Shown: piece by piece, positions 30,850-40,341 of the stretch
How the letters are laid out: each line of letters opens with the position of its first letter
Numbering within the stretch: the stretch's first letter is position 1
NCBI GenBank assembly: GCA_015256455.1
Contig: JABZMB010000001.1
Span: forward strand, 45,514-109,513
Reading direction: 5' to 3'
Length of the DNA: 64,000 nt
From: Solobacterium sp.
GTDB lineage: Bacteria; Bacillota_I; Bacilli_A; Erysipelotrichales; Erysipelotrichaceae
The notes under the pieces: model-generated
The model's database searches: none
What the model saw: only the letters and a program-made list of their open reading frames with translations
What the model was told of the DNA's origin: nothing
Position numbers and translations under genes: made by a program

Positions 30850-31539
30850 TTATGCATAAATTTTTAAGATATTTGGTAAGTCTGAAGTTGTAATAATACC
30901 AATAGGTTTTTCACTAGGCTTTCCAGATTCAGTGATTAGGATTGCCAGTAAAGTAATACCTTCTTCTCTAGCCTTATCAAAATAACGCAATACTATATCT
31001 ACATTATTACTCTTAGAGGTAAACACAACCCTAGAGTTCTTCGTAGAAGATAATACATCAGATACGACTGTATCATCTGTTTTCCCTTGCATCGCAACTT
31101 TCGCAATTTCATCTAAGGTAATCATTCCCACAAAATTCTGTCCTTTATATACAGGTACTTTAGATGTATCCATCTCTTGCATAAGATGAAACGCATCACG
31201 AATACTTGTATCGATATGTATTGTTTTTACTGGCATGCTTGCATACTTAAGAATGTCATGTGGTTCCGTTAATAACTTTGCGATTCGTTCAATATCTTCT
31301 GTAACACTATCGCATGGTTCAGCGATAATTTCTTTTTCACTACCACGGATATGAACGATTGCATTACGTAATTCATTATATTCACGTAGAGATTGTTGGT
31401 TAAGTGCGACAACTCTACTTCGATTAGCGCAGCGAGCTACAAGTTGTGAAAACGGAATGTACTTTGGTTGTTCTGCTAATTCGGCCAATTTCTTCTCGCA
31501 TTGCGCATACGCATTTAAAAATCTCTCAGCATTTGTCAT
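30850..31539 (-). CDS. CBS-pair domain protein with N-terminal HEPN-like (Rx4H) helical domain
   Basis: The C-terminal ~130 aa form two CBS motifs. The N-terminal ~100 aa are helical and carry LRNAIVH, which matches the HEPN Rx4-6H motif. Confidence 0.55.
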   Translation of the reverse strand: MTNAERFLNAYAQCEKKLAELAEQPKYIPFSQLVARCANRSRVVALNQQSLREYNELRNAIVHIRGSEKEIIAEPCDSVTEDIERIAKLLTEPHDILKYASMPVKTIHIDTSIRDAFHLMQEMDTSKVPVYKGQNFVGMITLDEIAKVAMQGKTDDTVVSDVLSSTKNSRVVFTSKSNNVDIVLRYFDKAREEGITLLAILITESGKPSEKPIGIITTSDLPNILKIYA

Positions 31540-31553
31540 AGATATATCCTTCT

Positions 31554-32390
31554 TTACTTGATTTTACCTTCCAAAGCTTCTAGGGCACTATCTGCACTCA
31601 TGTGATCGAGTATCATCTTCATCAATGTTTCCATTTCTGAACCTTCACTGTAATCTGCTTTTACCATGTAGTTTGCACGTTCTTCGCGGATCAGTTTTTC
31701 CGCAATCTTCTTTGCTTTTGCAGACTTCTCGTTATAGACCGCTACAGAACGACCACCATATTCTTTTATAAGACGCATGCAAGGTACATCTGTTAAACCA
31801 TCTGCCACATAAACCATCTTTGTAAGTGGAATTGGACGTAACTTTGGATCAATATATGTATTTAAGTCTTCAGAATCATTCTCATCTAATACCTGTTTAT
31901 TAATACGGAAGATATATTGTGTCTTTGTCGTGTAGTTTACGATTTGTGCTGGCCATCTTGCAAATCCATTTTCATCGTAGAAATAACTACATGCATAGAT
32001 ATGTTTAAACTCATCCGCAACTGTTACATTCTCAATAATTTCTCTCATACCACTAGAGATAATGTAATGTTCTACTTCAAGTCCTAATTTCTTACCATAC
32101 TTGTTAATACGTTTAAACCAAGTATCAACCCCGTTATATAAAACAATGCCCTTTCCTACGCCTTCAAATTGTTGTTTTGTAAGTGGTTGATCCATCTCCT
32201 CAAATTTCTTCTGCAACATATAAAGATATGCACTAATCGCATCCATATGATGTTGTGAAGCTAGTTCAGTTACTTCTTTCCAGAAATCTTTTGGGTTATC
32301 ATAGCCTAAAGATGGTATTAAGCTATATTCCTGCATGTCTTTTCCACACAGTGTTTTATCAAAATCATATAAAATCGCTACTTTTGTCAT
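31554..32390 (-). CDS. HAD-superfamily (IB-like) hydrolase
   Basis: 278 aa with the HAD motif I LYDFDKTL. It lies 14 nt upstream of the CBS gene, so the two are probably co-transcribed. Confidence 0.65.
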   Translation of the reverse strand: MTKVAILYDFDKTLCGKDMQEYSLIPSLGYDNPKDFWKEVTELASQHHMDAISAYLYMLQKKFEEMDQPLTKQQFEGVGKGIVLYNGVDTWFKRINKYGKKLGLEVEHYIISSGMREIIENVTVADEFKHIYACSYFYDENGFARWPAQIVNYTTKTQYIFRINKQVLDENDSEDLNTYIDPKLRPIPLTKMVYVADGLTDVPCMRLIKEYGGRSVAVYNEKSAKAKKIAEKLIREERANYMVKADYSEGSEMETLMKMILDHMSADSALEALEGKIK

Positions 32391-32472
32391 GTGACTATTA
32401 TATCACGCTGTATGATTCAAAGTTGCTAGATAAACAAAAAGACAGAAGCTTTTACAGTTTCTGTCTATTAAT

Positions 32473-33837
32473 TTAGATTTCTAAGAGTTTCAGAATTGCA
32501 GCTACATAAATTTCTGCTTGTAAGAGTAATTCATTAATCTCTACATATTCATTTGCGTCATGGATATGATAATCCTTACCTTGGAATGCGCATCCAAATG
32601 CAATTGTATTATCAATTCCCTTCGCGTATGTTCCACCACCTAATGTGATTGGCTGTGCTTCCTTATCGCCTGTTACCTCACGGTATGCAGAGCATAATGC
32701 ACTAACAAGTGGAGAATCAATTGGGAAGAAAAGTGGTTCATGTGCACTGAGTACTTCAATCACACCATTTTCATCCTCAAGATGGCCTTCCATTAACTTT
32801 AGTACCTTACGAGAAGTTAATGTAACTGGGAAACGGATATCGATAGAACCCTCAATAACACCGTTCTGCATTGAGATAACACCATTGTTTTGTGTTAACG
32901 ATCCATATTCATCAGAACAGTTTGCACCAAAGCCACTTCCATCTGTCGCAAGACCAAAATGCTTGCAATAGAAATCAACGAATCCATCTTGGAAACCAGC
33001 CTGCTTTAAGCCATCCATTAAGTAGGATAATGCATTCTTACCAAGTTCTGGTAAACTTGCATGTGCAGCGATTCCCTGTACAGAAATCTTAACATCATTT
33101 TCATCAATGTTTTCGATACTGAATTCTAGATTTTCGTTATTAAAGTAGTCTTCCAGTGTCTTACGAGAAAAGCTATTTTTATCGATAACTACATAGCAGT
33201 TACGACATACAATATTCTTAGCAGTACCACCTTGAATATCCTTAATAGAAGTATTCTTAGATAGGTAACGCATGGCAATCATTCCCTTTTCACCATGCAC
33301 ACCAGGGAAGTCTCCATCTGGTGTAAATCCATAGTCTACAGAACCTTCTTTTTCAACATAGTGCTTTAGGCACTTCGATCCGGTTTCTTCATTTGTACCA
33401 AAGATTAAGCGGATTCTCTTTGTGAGTGGAACATTCATGTCTTTGATTACCTTTAATGCAATCATGCTGGCAACCATCGCACCCTTATCATCACTTACAC
33501 CACGACCATATAGTACGCCATCTTTTTCTACCATTTCAAATGGATCACTATCCCATCCATCTTTTACATCAGCAGGTACGACGTCTAAATGTCCGATAAT
33601 ACCAATCAGCTTTTCCCCTGAGCCAATTTCTGCATAACCAATATAGTTATCCAAATTCACTGTATCAAAACCATCTGCTTTCATCATTTCTAATGCTGTT
33701 TCTAAAGCGACCTTAGGTCCCTTGCCAAACGGTGCATCTGGTTCTGGAGTTCCTTCCACACTATTAATTGATATAAGTTTTCCTAGTCTACTTAATAGTT
33801 CTTCCTTATATTCATATACCATAGATTTTACATCCAT
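32473..33837 (-). CDS. pepV: Dipeptidase PepV (M20 family)
   Basis: 454 aa. Contains GHLDVVPA, and the M20 metal ligands are conserved. Confidence 0.85.
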   Translation of the reverse strand: MDVKSMVYEYKEELLSRLGKLISINSVEGTPEPDAPFGKGPKVALETALEMMKADGFDTVNLDNYIGYAEIGSGEKLIGIIGHLDVVPADVKDGWDSDPFEMVEKDGVLYGRGVSDDKGAMVASMIALKVIKDMNVPLTKRIRLIFGTNEETGSKCLKHYVEKEGSVDYGFTPDGDFPGVHGEKGMIAMRYLSKNTSIKDIQGGTAKNIVCRNCYVVIDKNSFSRKTLEDYFNNENLEFSIENIDENDVKISVQGIAAHASLPELGKNALSYLMDGLKQAGFQDGFVDFYCKHFGLATDGSGFGANCSDEYGSLTQNNGVISMQNGVIEGSIDIRFPVTLTSRKVLKLMEGHLEDENGVIEVLSAHEPLFFPIDSPLVSALCSAYREVTGDKEAQPITLGGGTYAKGIDNTIAFGCAFQGKDYHIHDANEYVEINELLLQAEIYVAAILKLLEI

Positions 33838-33873
33838 GATCTCACCTCCGTAATTCTAATATGTACTATTTTA

Positions 33874-34629
33874 TTACAGATTGATATTTAATCCAACTGG
33901 GCAATGATCAGAGCCCTCTGTCTGATCAAATATTAATGCATCTTGTACATTTGCTAGTAGACGTTGACTTACTAAGAAATAGTCAATCCGCCAACCAACG
34001 TTTCTTTCACGCGCTTTCATACGATAACTCCACCAAGAGAACTTCTGTGTATCTGGATATAGTTCTCTAAATGTATCACAGAAGCCTGAGCCTAGTAATT
34101 TTGTCATCGCTGCACGTTCTTCATCTGAGAAACCAGGATTCTTATGGTTAGTCGCTGGATTCTTCAAGTCAATTTCTTCGTGTGCTACGTTCAAGTCACC
34201 AGTATAGATAACTGGTTTTTTCTTATCCAATTCCATTAGATGCTTACGTAACATCTCTTCCCATTCAATACGATATGGTAGACGTAATAGGCCATCCTTG
34301 GAGTTTGGTACATATGCACATACAAAATAGAAATCTGGGTATTCAAGGGTGATAACTCTACCTTCCTTGGTTACATCTCCTTCAATTTCATAAGTGACAC
34401 TGAGTGGTTCATGTTTTGTATAGATTAGTGTTCCAGAATATCCTTTTCTTTCTGCACTATTCATGTATATATGATAACCATCAAATTTCATCGCATCTTC
34501 TAGCTGATCTGGTTGCATCTTTGTTTCCTGTAAGGCAAAGAAGTCTGCATCCTGTTCATTGAAAAAATCTGCGAATCCCTTCTTCATTGCGGCTCTTAAG
34601 CCATTTACATTCCAAGATATGAATTTCAT
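33874..34629 (-). CDS. xth: Exodeoxyribonuclease III
   Basis: 251 aa. Contains MKFISWNVNGLRA and the C-terminal DHCPV motif. Confidence 0.9.
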   Translation of the reverse strand: MKFISWNVNGLRAAMKKGFADFFNEQDADFFALQETKMQPDQLEDAMKFDGYHIYMNSAERKGYSGTLIYTKHEPLSVTYEIEGDVTKEGRVITLEYPDFYFVCAYVPNSKDGLLRLPYRIEWEEMLRKHLMELDKKKPVIYTGDLNVAHEEIDLKNPATNHKNPGFSDEERAAMTKLLGSGFCDTFRELYPDTQKFSWWSYRMKARERNVGWRIDYFLVSQRLLANVQDALIFDQTEGSDHCPVGLNINL

Positions 34630-36422
34630 GCACGTGTAATCTTTCCAGTAGCTTTCTTTAAGAAGCTCTTTTCTTTACCGCTAAGAAGTGGGCCAATCTT
34701 TTCCCAAATCATCTTGTGGTATGCATTAATCCAATCAATCTCTTCATCACTGAGATACTTTGTATCAATCGCATCGCGGTCATATGGTACGTATGTAATA
34801 TCTTCAAAGGATAAGAACTGTCCGTAGAAATTCTTTTCTTCCTTTTGAACAATCATTTCATTTTCAATACGGATACCTAACTTATGTGGTAGATATACAC
34901 CCGGTTCATCTGTGACTACCATTCCTTCTTGAAGTACAACTGCTTTACCATTTGCTGGCATGCCCCAACGAATACCATGTGGACCTTCATGTACAGCTAA
35001 CACGTGGCCTACACCATGACCTGTACCACATTGATAATCAATGCAATCATTCCATAATGGGTTTCTTGCAAGAATGTCTAAGTTATTGCCTGTTGTTCCA
35101 TATAAGAACTTTGCATGCAATAGATCAAGATGTCCCTTTAATACCTTTGTATATAACTTCTTTTCTTCTGCTGTTAATTCACCAACAGCGATTGTTCTAG
35201 TAATGTCTGTTGTTCCATCTTTATATGTTCCACCAGAGTCTACAAGTAAGAAACCTTTTGGTTTCACTGCTGCATGTTTTTCTTTTGTCGCAGTGTAATG
35301 CATCATTGCCGCATTCTCTTGATATGCACAGATTGTTTCAAATGATGGTTCGATGTAATCTTTCTGCTCTGCACGTAATGCATATAAATGATCTTGTGCT
35401 GTCACTTCTGTCATCTTGCCTTTTGCAACATTACTCTTTACCCAAGAAATAAACTTCACCATCGCTACTGCATCCTTTACGTGTGCATTACGAATGTTCT
35501 TAATCTCTGTCTTATTCTTGATTGCACGGAAGTAAGCAACTGGTGAAATCGCATCGTAGATTTCATTACCTGCTAATGCTTTATACAGATTGGAATTAAG
35601 ATGTCCCATATCTGCCCAAATCTTCTTACCTTCTAATTGCTTCAAGTCCTTCATCAACGCATTGTATGGACGCACTGTTACCTTATTGTCCTTGAAGTAC
35701 TTTGCAACCTTCGCATTAATCTTCTTAGAATCTACATAATAGTAAAGTTTCTTATTTGTAATTGCAGCGAATGCATAACTCACTGGAGTACATGCAATAT
35801 CATTACCACGAATATTTAATAACCAACATGGATCTTCTAAAGCAGTGAATAAGATTGCATCACATTTGCTTGCCTTCATTGCTTCTCTTACACGTGCAAT
35901 TCTTAGAGATGCTTCTTCACCCGTATACTTCTTAAGAAGTACATATAATTCTTCCGTTGGCATAGCCGGTCTATCTTTACCCCAAACCATTCCAACAAGA
36001 TCTTCTGTTGTATATAACTTCGCATTCTTTTCCTTTAACGCTTGGGTTAGATGTAAATAATTTCTAGCAGAAACAACTGCTCCATCAAAACCTAACACAC
36101 CATTCTTTGGTGTATTCGCAATTAAAAAATCAATTGGATTTGGTACACCTTCTTGACGCAGTCTCATTAATGTAACACCAGTTCCCTGAAGTTCATTTTC
36201 TGCCTGTGTAAAGAATCTTCCGTCTGTCCAAAGACCTGCAAAATCCTTTGTGATAATTGTGCATCCGGATTCACCACTGAAGCCAGACATGTATGATTTA
36301 CACTTAAAATAATCAGCTGTATATTCATCAGAAAGATGGTCATCCTCATTTGGAATGTAATACACATCAATCTTACGTTCAGCCATCAAAGCTCTTAATT
36401 GTTTGATTCTATCCTGTATCAT
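34626..36422 (-). CDS. pepP: Xaa-Pro aminopeptidase (M24B) with N-terminal creatinase-like domains
   Basis: 598 aa. Contains the M24 metal-binding block HGVGHVLAVHEGP. It overlaps xth by 4 nt. Confidence 0.85.
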   Translation of the reverse strand: MIQDRIKQLRALMAERKIDVYYIPNEDDHLSDEYTADYFKCKSYMSGFSGESGCTIITKDFAGLWTDGRFFTQAENELQGTGVTLMRLRQEGVPNPIDFLIANTPKNGVLGFDGAVVSARNYLHLTQALKEKNAKLYTTEDLVGMVWGKDRPAMPTEELYVLLKKYTGEEASLRIARVREAMKASKCDAILFTALEDPCWLLNIRGNDIACTPVSYAFAAITNKKLYYYVDSKKINAKVAKYFKDNKVTVRPYNALMKDLKQLEGKKIWADMGHLNSNLYKALAGNEIYDAISPVAYFRAIKNKTEIKNIRNAHVKDAVAMVKFISWVKSNVAKGKMTEVTAQDHLYALRAEQKDYIEPSFETICAYQENAAMMHYTATKEKHAAVKPKGFLLVDSGGTYKDGTTDITRTIAVGELTAEEKKLYTKVLKGHLDLLHAKFLYGTTGNNLDILARNPLWNDCIDYQCGTGHGVGHVLAVHEGPHGIRWGMPANGKAVVLQEGMVVTDEPGVYLPHKLGIRIENEMIVQKEEKNFYGQFLSFEDITYVPYDRDAIDTKYLSDEEIDWINAYHKMIWEKIGPLLSGKEKSFLKKATGKITRA

Positions 36423-36604
36423 AATTTAATCACCTCGTTATAATTATACTCAATATTTTTCAAACAAAAACAAATCCGCTTCAATTCTATACTTTTTTGT
36501 TAGAATAAACTAACCTAAATATACGAAAAAAGTTATAGTCTCAAAATATATTTGAGAATTATGTTGTAAATAGAGACAAAACATCACTATTTTTTTGTAT
36601 AAGA

Positions 36605-36613
36605 ATGATATAA
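36605..36613 (+). promoter_or_regulatory. Extended -10 promoter element (TGaTATAAT) for the small membrane protein gene
   Basis: AATGATATAATTC is 20 nt upstream of the AAGGAGG RBS. Confidence 0.4.
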
Positions 36614-36633
36614 TTCTTAAAGGAGGAACATTT

Positions 36634-36855
36634 ATGGAAAAGAAAAAGGATTGGCTTGGTATCGTCTTTGGTACAATTTGGTTTCTATATGCAGCCTTTA
36701 TCTTAATCAACTATCTATCCGGAAATCTAAACGGCAGTTTCAGTGTACCACGTCTTTTAGTAGCGATATATGATATCTTCGGTGTTGTCCCTGGTTCAAT
36801 CATACAGATGGTTGTAAGTGCTATTGTAGTAATCTTTAGCATTCGTGGAAGATAA
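36634..36855 (+). CDS. Small two-TM membrane protein (73 aa), unknown function
   Basis: Strong RBS AAAGGAGGAACATTTATG. Two hydrophobic helices. A terminator follows. Confidence 0.55.
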   Translation: MEKKKDWLGIVFGTIWFLYAAFILINYLSGNLNGSFSVPRLLVAIYDIFGVVPGSIIQMVVSAIVVIFSIRGR

Positions 36856-36865
36856 TTTTTATTCA

Positions 36866-36896
36866 CAAACACATGGAATCCATGTGTTTTCTTTTA
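36866..36896 (+). terminator. Intrinsic terminator after small membrane protein gene
   Basis: AAACACATGGaatcCATGTGTTT followed by TCTTTTAT. Confidence 0.55.
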
Positions 36897-36959
36897 TCTA
36901 TCACAGAATTTACATTCCTATTCTGTTGATAATTTTGTAAAATATAACAGAGGATATCC

Positions 36960-39092
36960 ATGGAAACAATCAGACAAACATTTTCAGTCGCAAATCTGTA
37001 TTTGAATGCAAGTGCTGATACCATCTATCAACACTTAATGAATACGCAAGGAATCGTTGCAGTAACGGTTGCTTTAAGCGACCGCAATGTGACTGTCGAG
37101 TTTGATCCATCGATTGTTACAGCAGATATCATTATTGCAAAAATCAAAGCATGCGGATACCAAGCATATACACGCGAGATTCCAACTTCGGATATGCTGA
37201 TACCACAGGATAATAAAGTTTCAATCAAACCCAATTACCGTATCTTGTTTATTTTTGTGGTTGAAGTGATTCTACTAGCAATTCTATGGATCATGCATAT
37301 AACGCCTTGGATTGGACTAATATTCTCTTTATATTCCCTATATGTTGGTCGTTTCATATTCATGCATGCAAAAGAGGAAATTCAAAAGGGAAATCCATCC
37401 TCTGCTACGATTGGTAGTATTGCCGTTATGATTACATTTTTATACGGTATTTATCTAACAACTCAAAATACTGCAAATGCATATCCATTTATCATTTCAA
37501 TGATTGCAATACTTGGTACAAACATCTATAAAACAAAATATCTAAAGTACATGCAACAATGTTCTTCTACTTCGTTGAATATAAAACAATATATTCCAGA
37601 AAATACAGCCGTATTCAATAAGACAGGTGAAGTCATTGAAGAAACAAGTCAGCTCAAAAAGAATCAGATTTTGATTATTAGACCTAATGAAAACATTCCT
37701 TGCGACGGTATCGTCGTAGAAGGATACGCATCTGTCGATGAATCTACACTGACAGGTGTACAATCAAACATCACAAAGTCCGAAGGTTCTTATGTTTATG
37801 CAGGTACACGTTGTTTACAAGGTTCTCTACAGATTAAGGTAGAGAAGATTGGTGAAAAGACAACACTATTACAGTTTGCAAAACTTGCCAAAGAAACAGC
37901 GAACGATAAATCCTTTGATTCACCATTTAAGAACTTCTCAAAATACTTATTCTTATATTCGATTATTACAGCTATCATTTTATTCTTTGGTTGGATCTTA
38001 GTTGGAAAGTCATTCTCTATTGCGATTAGTGTTTCTGTTGCAGTACTAGCATCTGTCGCAATGAACGCACTAACAATTGCCTCAGAAAAAGAAGTATTAG
38101 AAAAGGCCATTTACGCTGCTAAAAACCATGTGCTATTCCGTAATGTGGACGCATTAGAAACAGCAGGCAAAGCTGAAACATTATTCCTTGAACAAGATGA
38201 TGTATTGATTGGTTCAAAACCAGAAGTAACTGATTTTATTCCTGTCGATGATACAGATTTAAATATCATGCGCTATATTGCATATACACTATCCAATAAA
38301 CGACATGACAGTTATTCAAGAGCGATTAATCGCTACTTAAAATCACAAAAGATTTCATCTTCAAATCTAAGTGTTCTAACAAATTTCCAAAAAACACATC
38401 AAAGTGATTTGATTCAAAGTACATATAAGTTATGTAATATCCATGATTTCTCAAATACTGATTTAATAAATGATTCTACAAATCAGAAGATTAATGAACT
38501 CATGCATCAAGGAAAGACTGTGTTCATCTTAATTGGTGAAGAACAAGTCATCGGCTTAATCGCAATGCAAAAGCCTATCGTGCCAAATAGTTTACAGGCT
38601 ATCAGTTCTCTAAAAGAACTCATAGATGTTCATCTTTTTACCCATGGTAATACAGAAGAGATTCAGCATATTCAAGATTCTTGTGGCATTAAGAACATTC
38701 ATGCAAATGTAGATATAAACGAAAAAGAAAATCTGATAAAATCATGCTCGCATGACTCTATTAGTATGTATGCAAGTGCAGATAGTTCATGTACTTCATC
38801 TACAGCTGATGTTAATGTTCAATTCGGTATTCCTCAGAATCTAGATTCCGAGGATAATGACATTATATTAACGCGTAAACGTTTAAGTGATTTAGTATTC
38901 GCAATTCAAACGTCCGCAAAACTAAACCAACAGATTCAATTTAAGCAGATTGCAATCATTGCATATCATGTCTTGGCAGTCATTTTATTTGGCTTTATTA
39001 CTCCAATCTTCTTCGATATACCATTACCAGCAATCTTACCATGTATTACTTCAATCTATGTAGTACGTTTCCTATTAAATTATCACAAATAG
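36960..39092 (+). CDS. P1B-type (heavy-metal) ATPase homolog with all catalytic signature motifs degenerate (predicted pseudo-ATPase)
   Basis: 710 aa with the full P1B architecture: N-terminal HMA-like ferredoxin fold, eight TM helices, and actuator, P and N domains. Signature motifs are replaced as follows: HMA CxxC becomes NASAD; TGES becomes TGVQ (within VDESTLTGVQS); TM6 CPC becomes SVA; DKTGT becomes EQDDV (within ETLFLEQDDVLIGSKP); GDGIND becomes ASADSS. The ORF is intact and has an RBS (AGAGGA). Confidence 0.75.
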   Translation: METIRQTFSVANLYLNASADTIYQHLMNTQGIVAVTVALSDRNVTVEFDPSIVTADIIIAKIKACGYQAYTREIPTSDMLIPQDNKVSIKPNYRILFIFVVEVILLAILWIMHITPWIGLIFSLYSLYVGRFIFMHAKEEIQKGNPSSATIGSIAVMITFLYGIYLTTQNTANAYPFIISMIAILGTNIYKTKYLKYMQQCSSTSLNIKQYIPENTAVFNKTGEVIEETSQLKKNQILIIRPNENIPCDGIVVEGYASVDESTLTGVQSNITKSEGSYVYAGTRCLQGSLQIKVEKIGEKTTLLQFAKLAKETANDKSFDSPFKNFSKYLFLYSIITAIILFFGWILVGKSFSIAISVSVAVLASVAMNALTIASEKEVLEKAIYAAKNHVLFRNVDALETAGKAETLFLEQDDVLIGSKPEVTDFIPVDDTDLNIMRYIAYTLSNKRHDSYSRAINRYLKSQKISSSNLSVLTNFQKTHQSDLIQSTYKLCNIHDFSNTDLINDSTNQKINELMHQGKTVFILIGEEQVIGLIAMQKPIVPNSLQAISSLKELIDVHLFTHGNTEEIQHIQDSCGIKNIHANVDINEKENLIKSCSHDSISMYASADSSCTSSTADVNVQFGIPQNLDSEDNDIILTRKRLSDLVFAIQTSAKLNQQIQFKQIAIIAYHVLAVILFGFITPIFFDIPLPAILPCITSIYVVRFLLNYHK

Positions 39093-39531
39093 AAAAGGTC
39101 TCGATTAAACCCTGCTGTTTCATTCTAACGGTTTATTTTTGCGAGACCTTTCTTGATGCTATAGATTTGCTACATTATCTTTTTTTGCGATACTTCGCTA
39201 CTGAAATACGAATTTCAGAACTATTTGTTATTCACAAATTATTTTTACATTCTATTTTAATTTAAATTGTCCATTGGTCTGTCCTCAACTTTTCTTGAGA
39301 AACATTTCATTTAACGATCATTTTGTTAAATGTTGGAGCGTAAACTGTAATTGAGTAACACTTCCTTCATGAGCTTGTACCTCCTTATCCTTTCTTTTAG
39401 GGTACTTCTCTTTGCACCTTTACTATAGCATCCACTTTTAAATTTAATAGTCTTACAATTAAAATTTTTTTGTTCTATAATATTATTGTTGGTCCGATAA
39501 GGACCATTTCTTATTTCCAGGAGGTTACCAG

Positions 39532-40341
39532 ATGATTCAAGATATTTACCCACACATCTATAATAATACGTTTGATCCTGGTGTTAAGCCTTCAAACGAT
39601 GATATTATCTTTTCATTTGAAGAAGACCAAGTCTTAATGAAAGATGAACATCAGTTCTACCACTATCACGATATTTCCAAGGAAAGTGTTTGTTATTATC
39701 TATTTTCAATCGATAATATCAAATTCTTCCTTGCAGACTTAACAAGTCTGAATCATATTAAAGTTTCTTTCCGCAAAATGCGTACCTTTGAAGATCAAAT
39801 GTTTGGTTTTGCGGCTATCACAGCTTGGCATCTTTATCGTTGGATTCAGGATAATAAGTATTGTGGTAAATGTGGTCATCCGATGGATTTCGACAAAAAA
39901 GAAAGAGCGATGCGTTGTCCACATTGCTCAAATATTGTATATCCTAAGATTTCACCTGCTGTTATTGTAGGTATTACCAATGATAAGGGCCAGATTCTTG
40001 TCACAAAGTATGCACATGGTCATTACCAAAGCTATGCGCTCGTTGCAGGTTACTATGAAATTGGTGAAACAATCGAAGAAACTGTAAAGCGTGAGGTAAA
40101 AGAAGAAACTGGGCTAGATGTAACTGATATTCAATACTATAAATCACAACCATGGTCCTTTTCATCTTCATTACTATTTGGCTTCTGGTGTAAAGCGCAT
40201 GGTGATCAATCAATTCAGATGGACGAAAATGAGTTGCGTGTAGCTCGTTGGGCAGATCGTGATGAAGAAATTAATACACTCGATAATGCTTCACTTACAT
40301 CTGAAATGATTCAATATTTCAAACAAGGGAAAGTAGTCTAA
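39532..40341 (+). CDS. nudC: NAD+ diphosphatase (NADH pyrophosphatase, Nudix)
   Basis: Zinc ribbon CGKCGHP...CPHCSN and a Nudix box GYYEIGETIEETVKREVKEETG. The promoter TTACAA-N17-TATAAT lies upstream. Confidence 0.85.
   Translation: MIQDIYPHIYNNTFDPGVKPSNDDIIFSFEEDQVLMKDEHQFYHYHDISKESVCYYLFSIDNIKFFLADLTSLNHIKVSFRKMRTFEDQMFGFAAITAWHLYRWIQDNKYCGKCGHPMDFDKKERAMRCPHCSNIVYPKISPAVIVGITNDKGQILVTKYAHGHYQSYALVAGYYEIGETIEETVKREVKEETGLDVTDIQYYKSQPWSFSSSLLFGFWCKAHGDQSIQMDENELRVARWADRDEEINTLDNASLTSEMIQYFKQGKVV

Noticed and set aside
39326-39553. 75-aa basic ORF on the minus strand upstream of nudC
   Set aside because: It overlaps the nudC start, has a low-complexity basic composition and has no RBS at its first ATG. 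Only the terminal 14 codons have an SD, which is reported separately at low interest.
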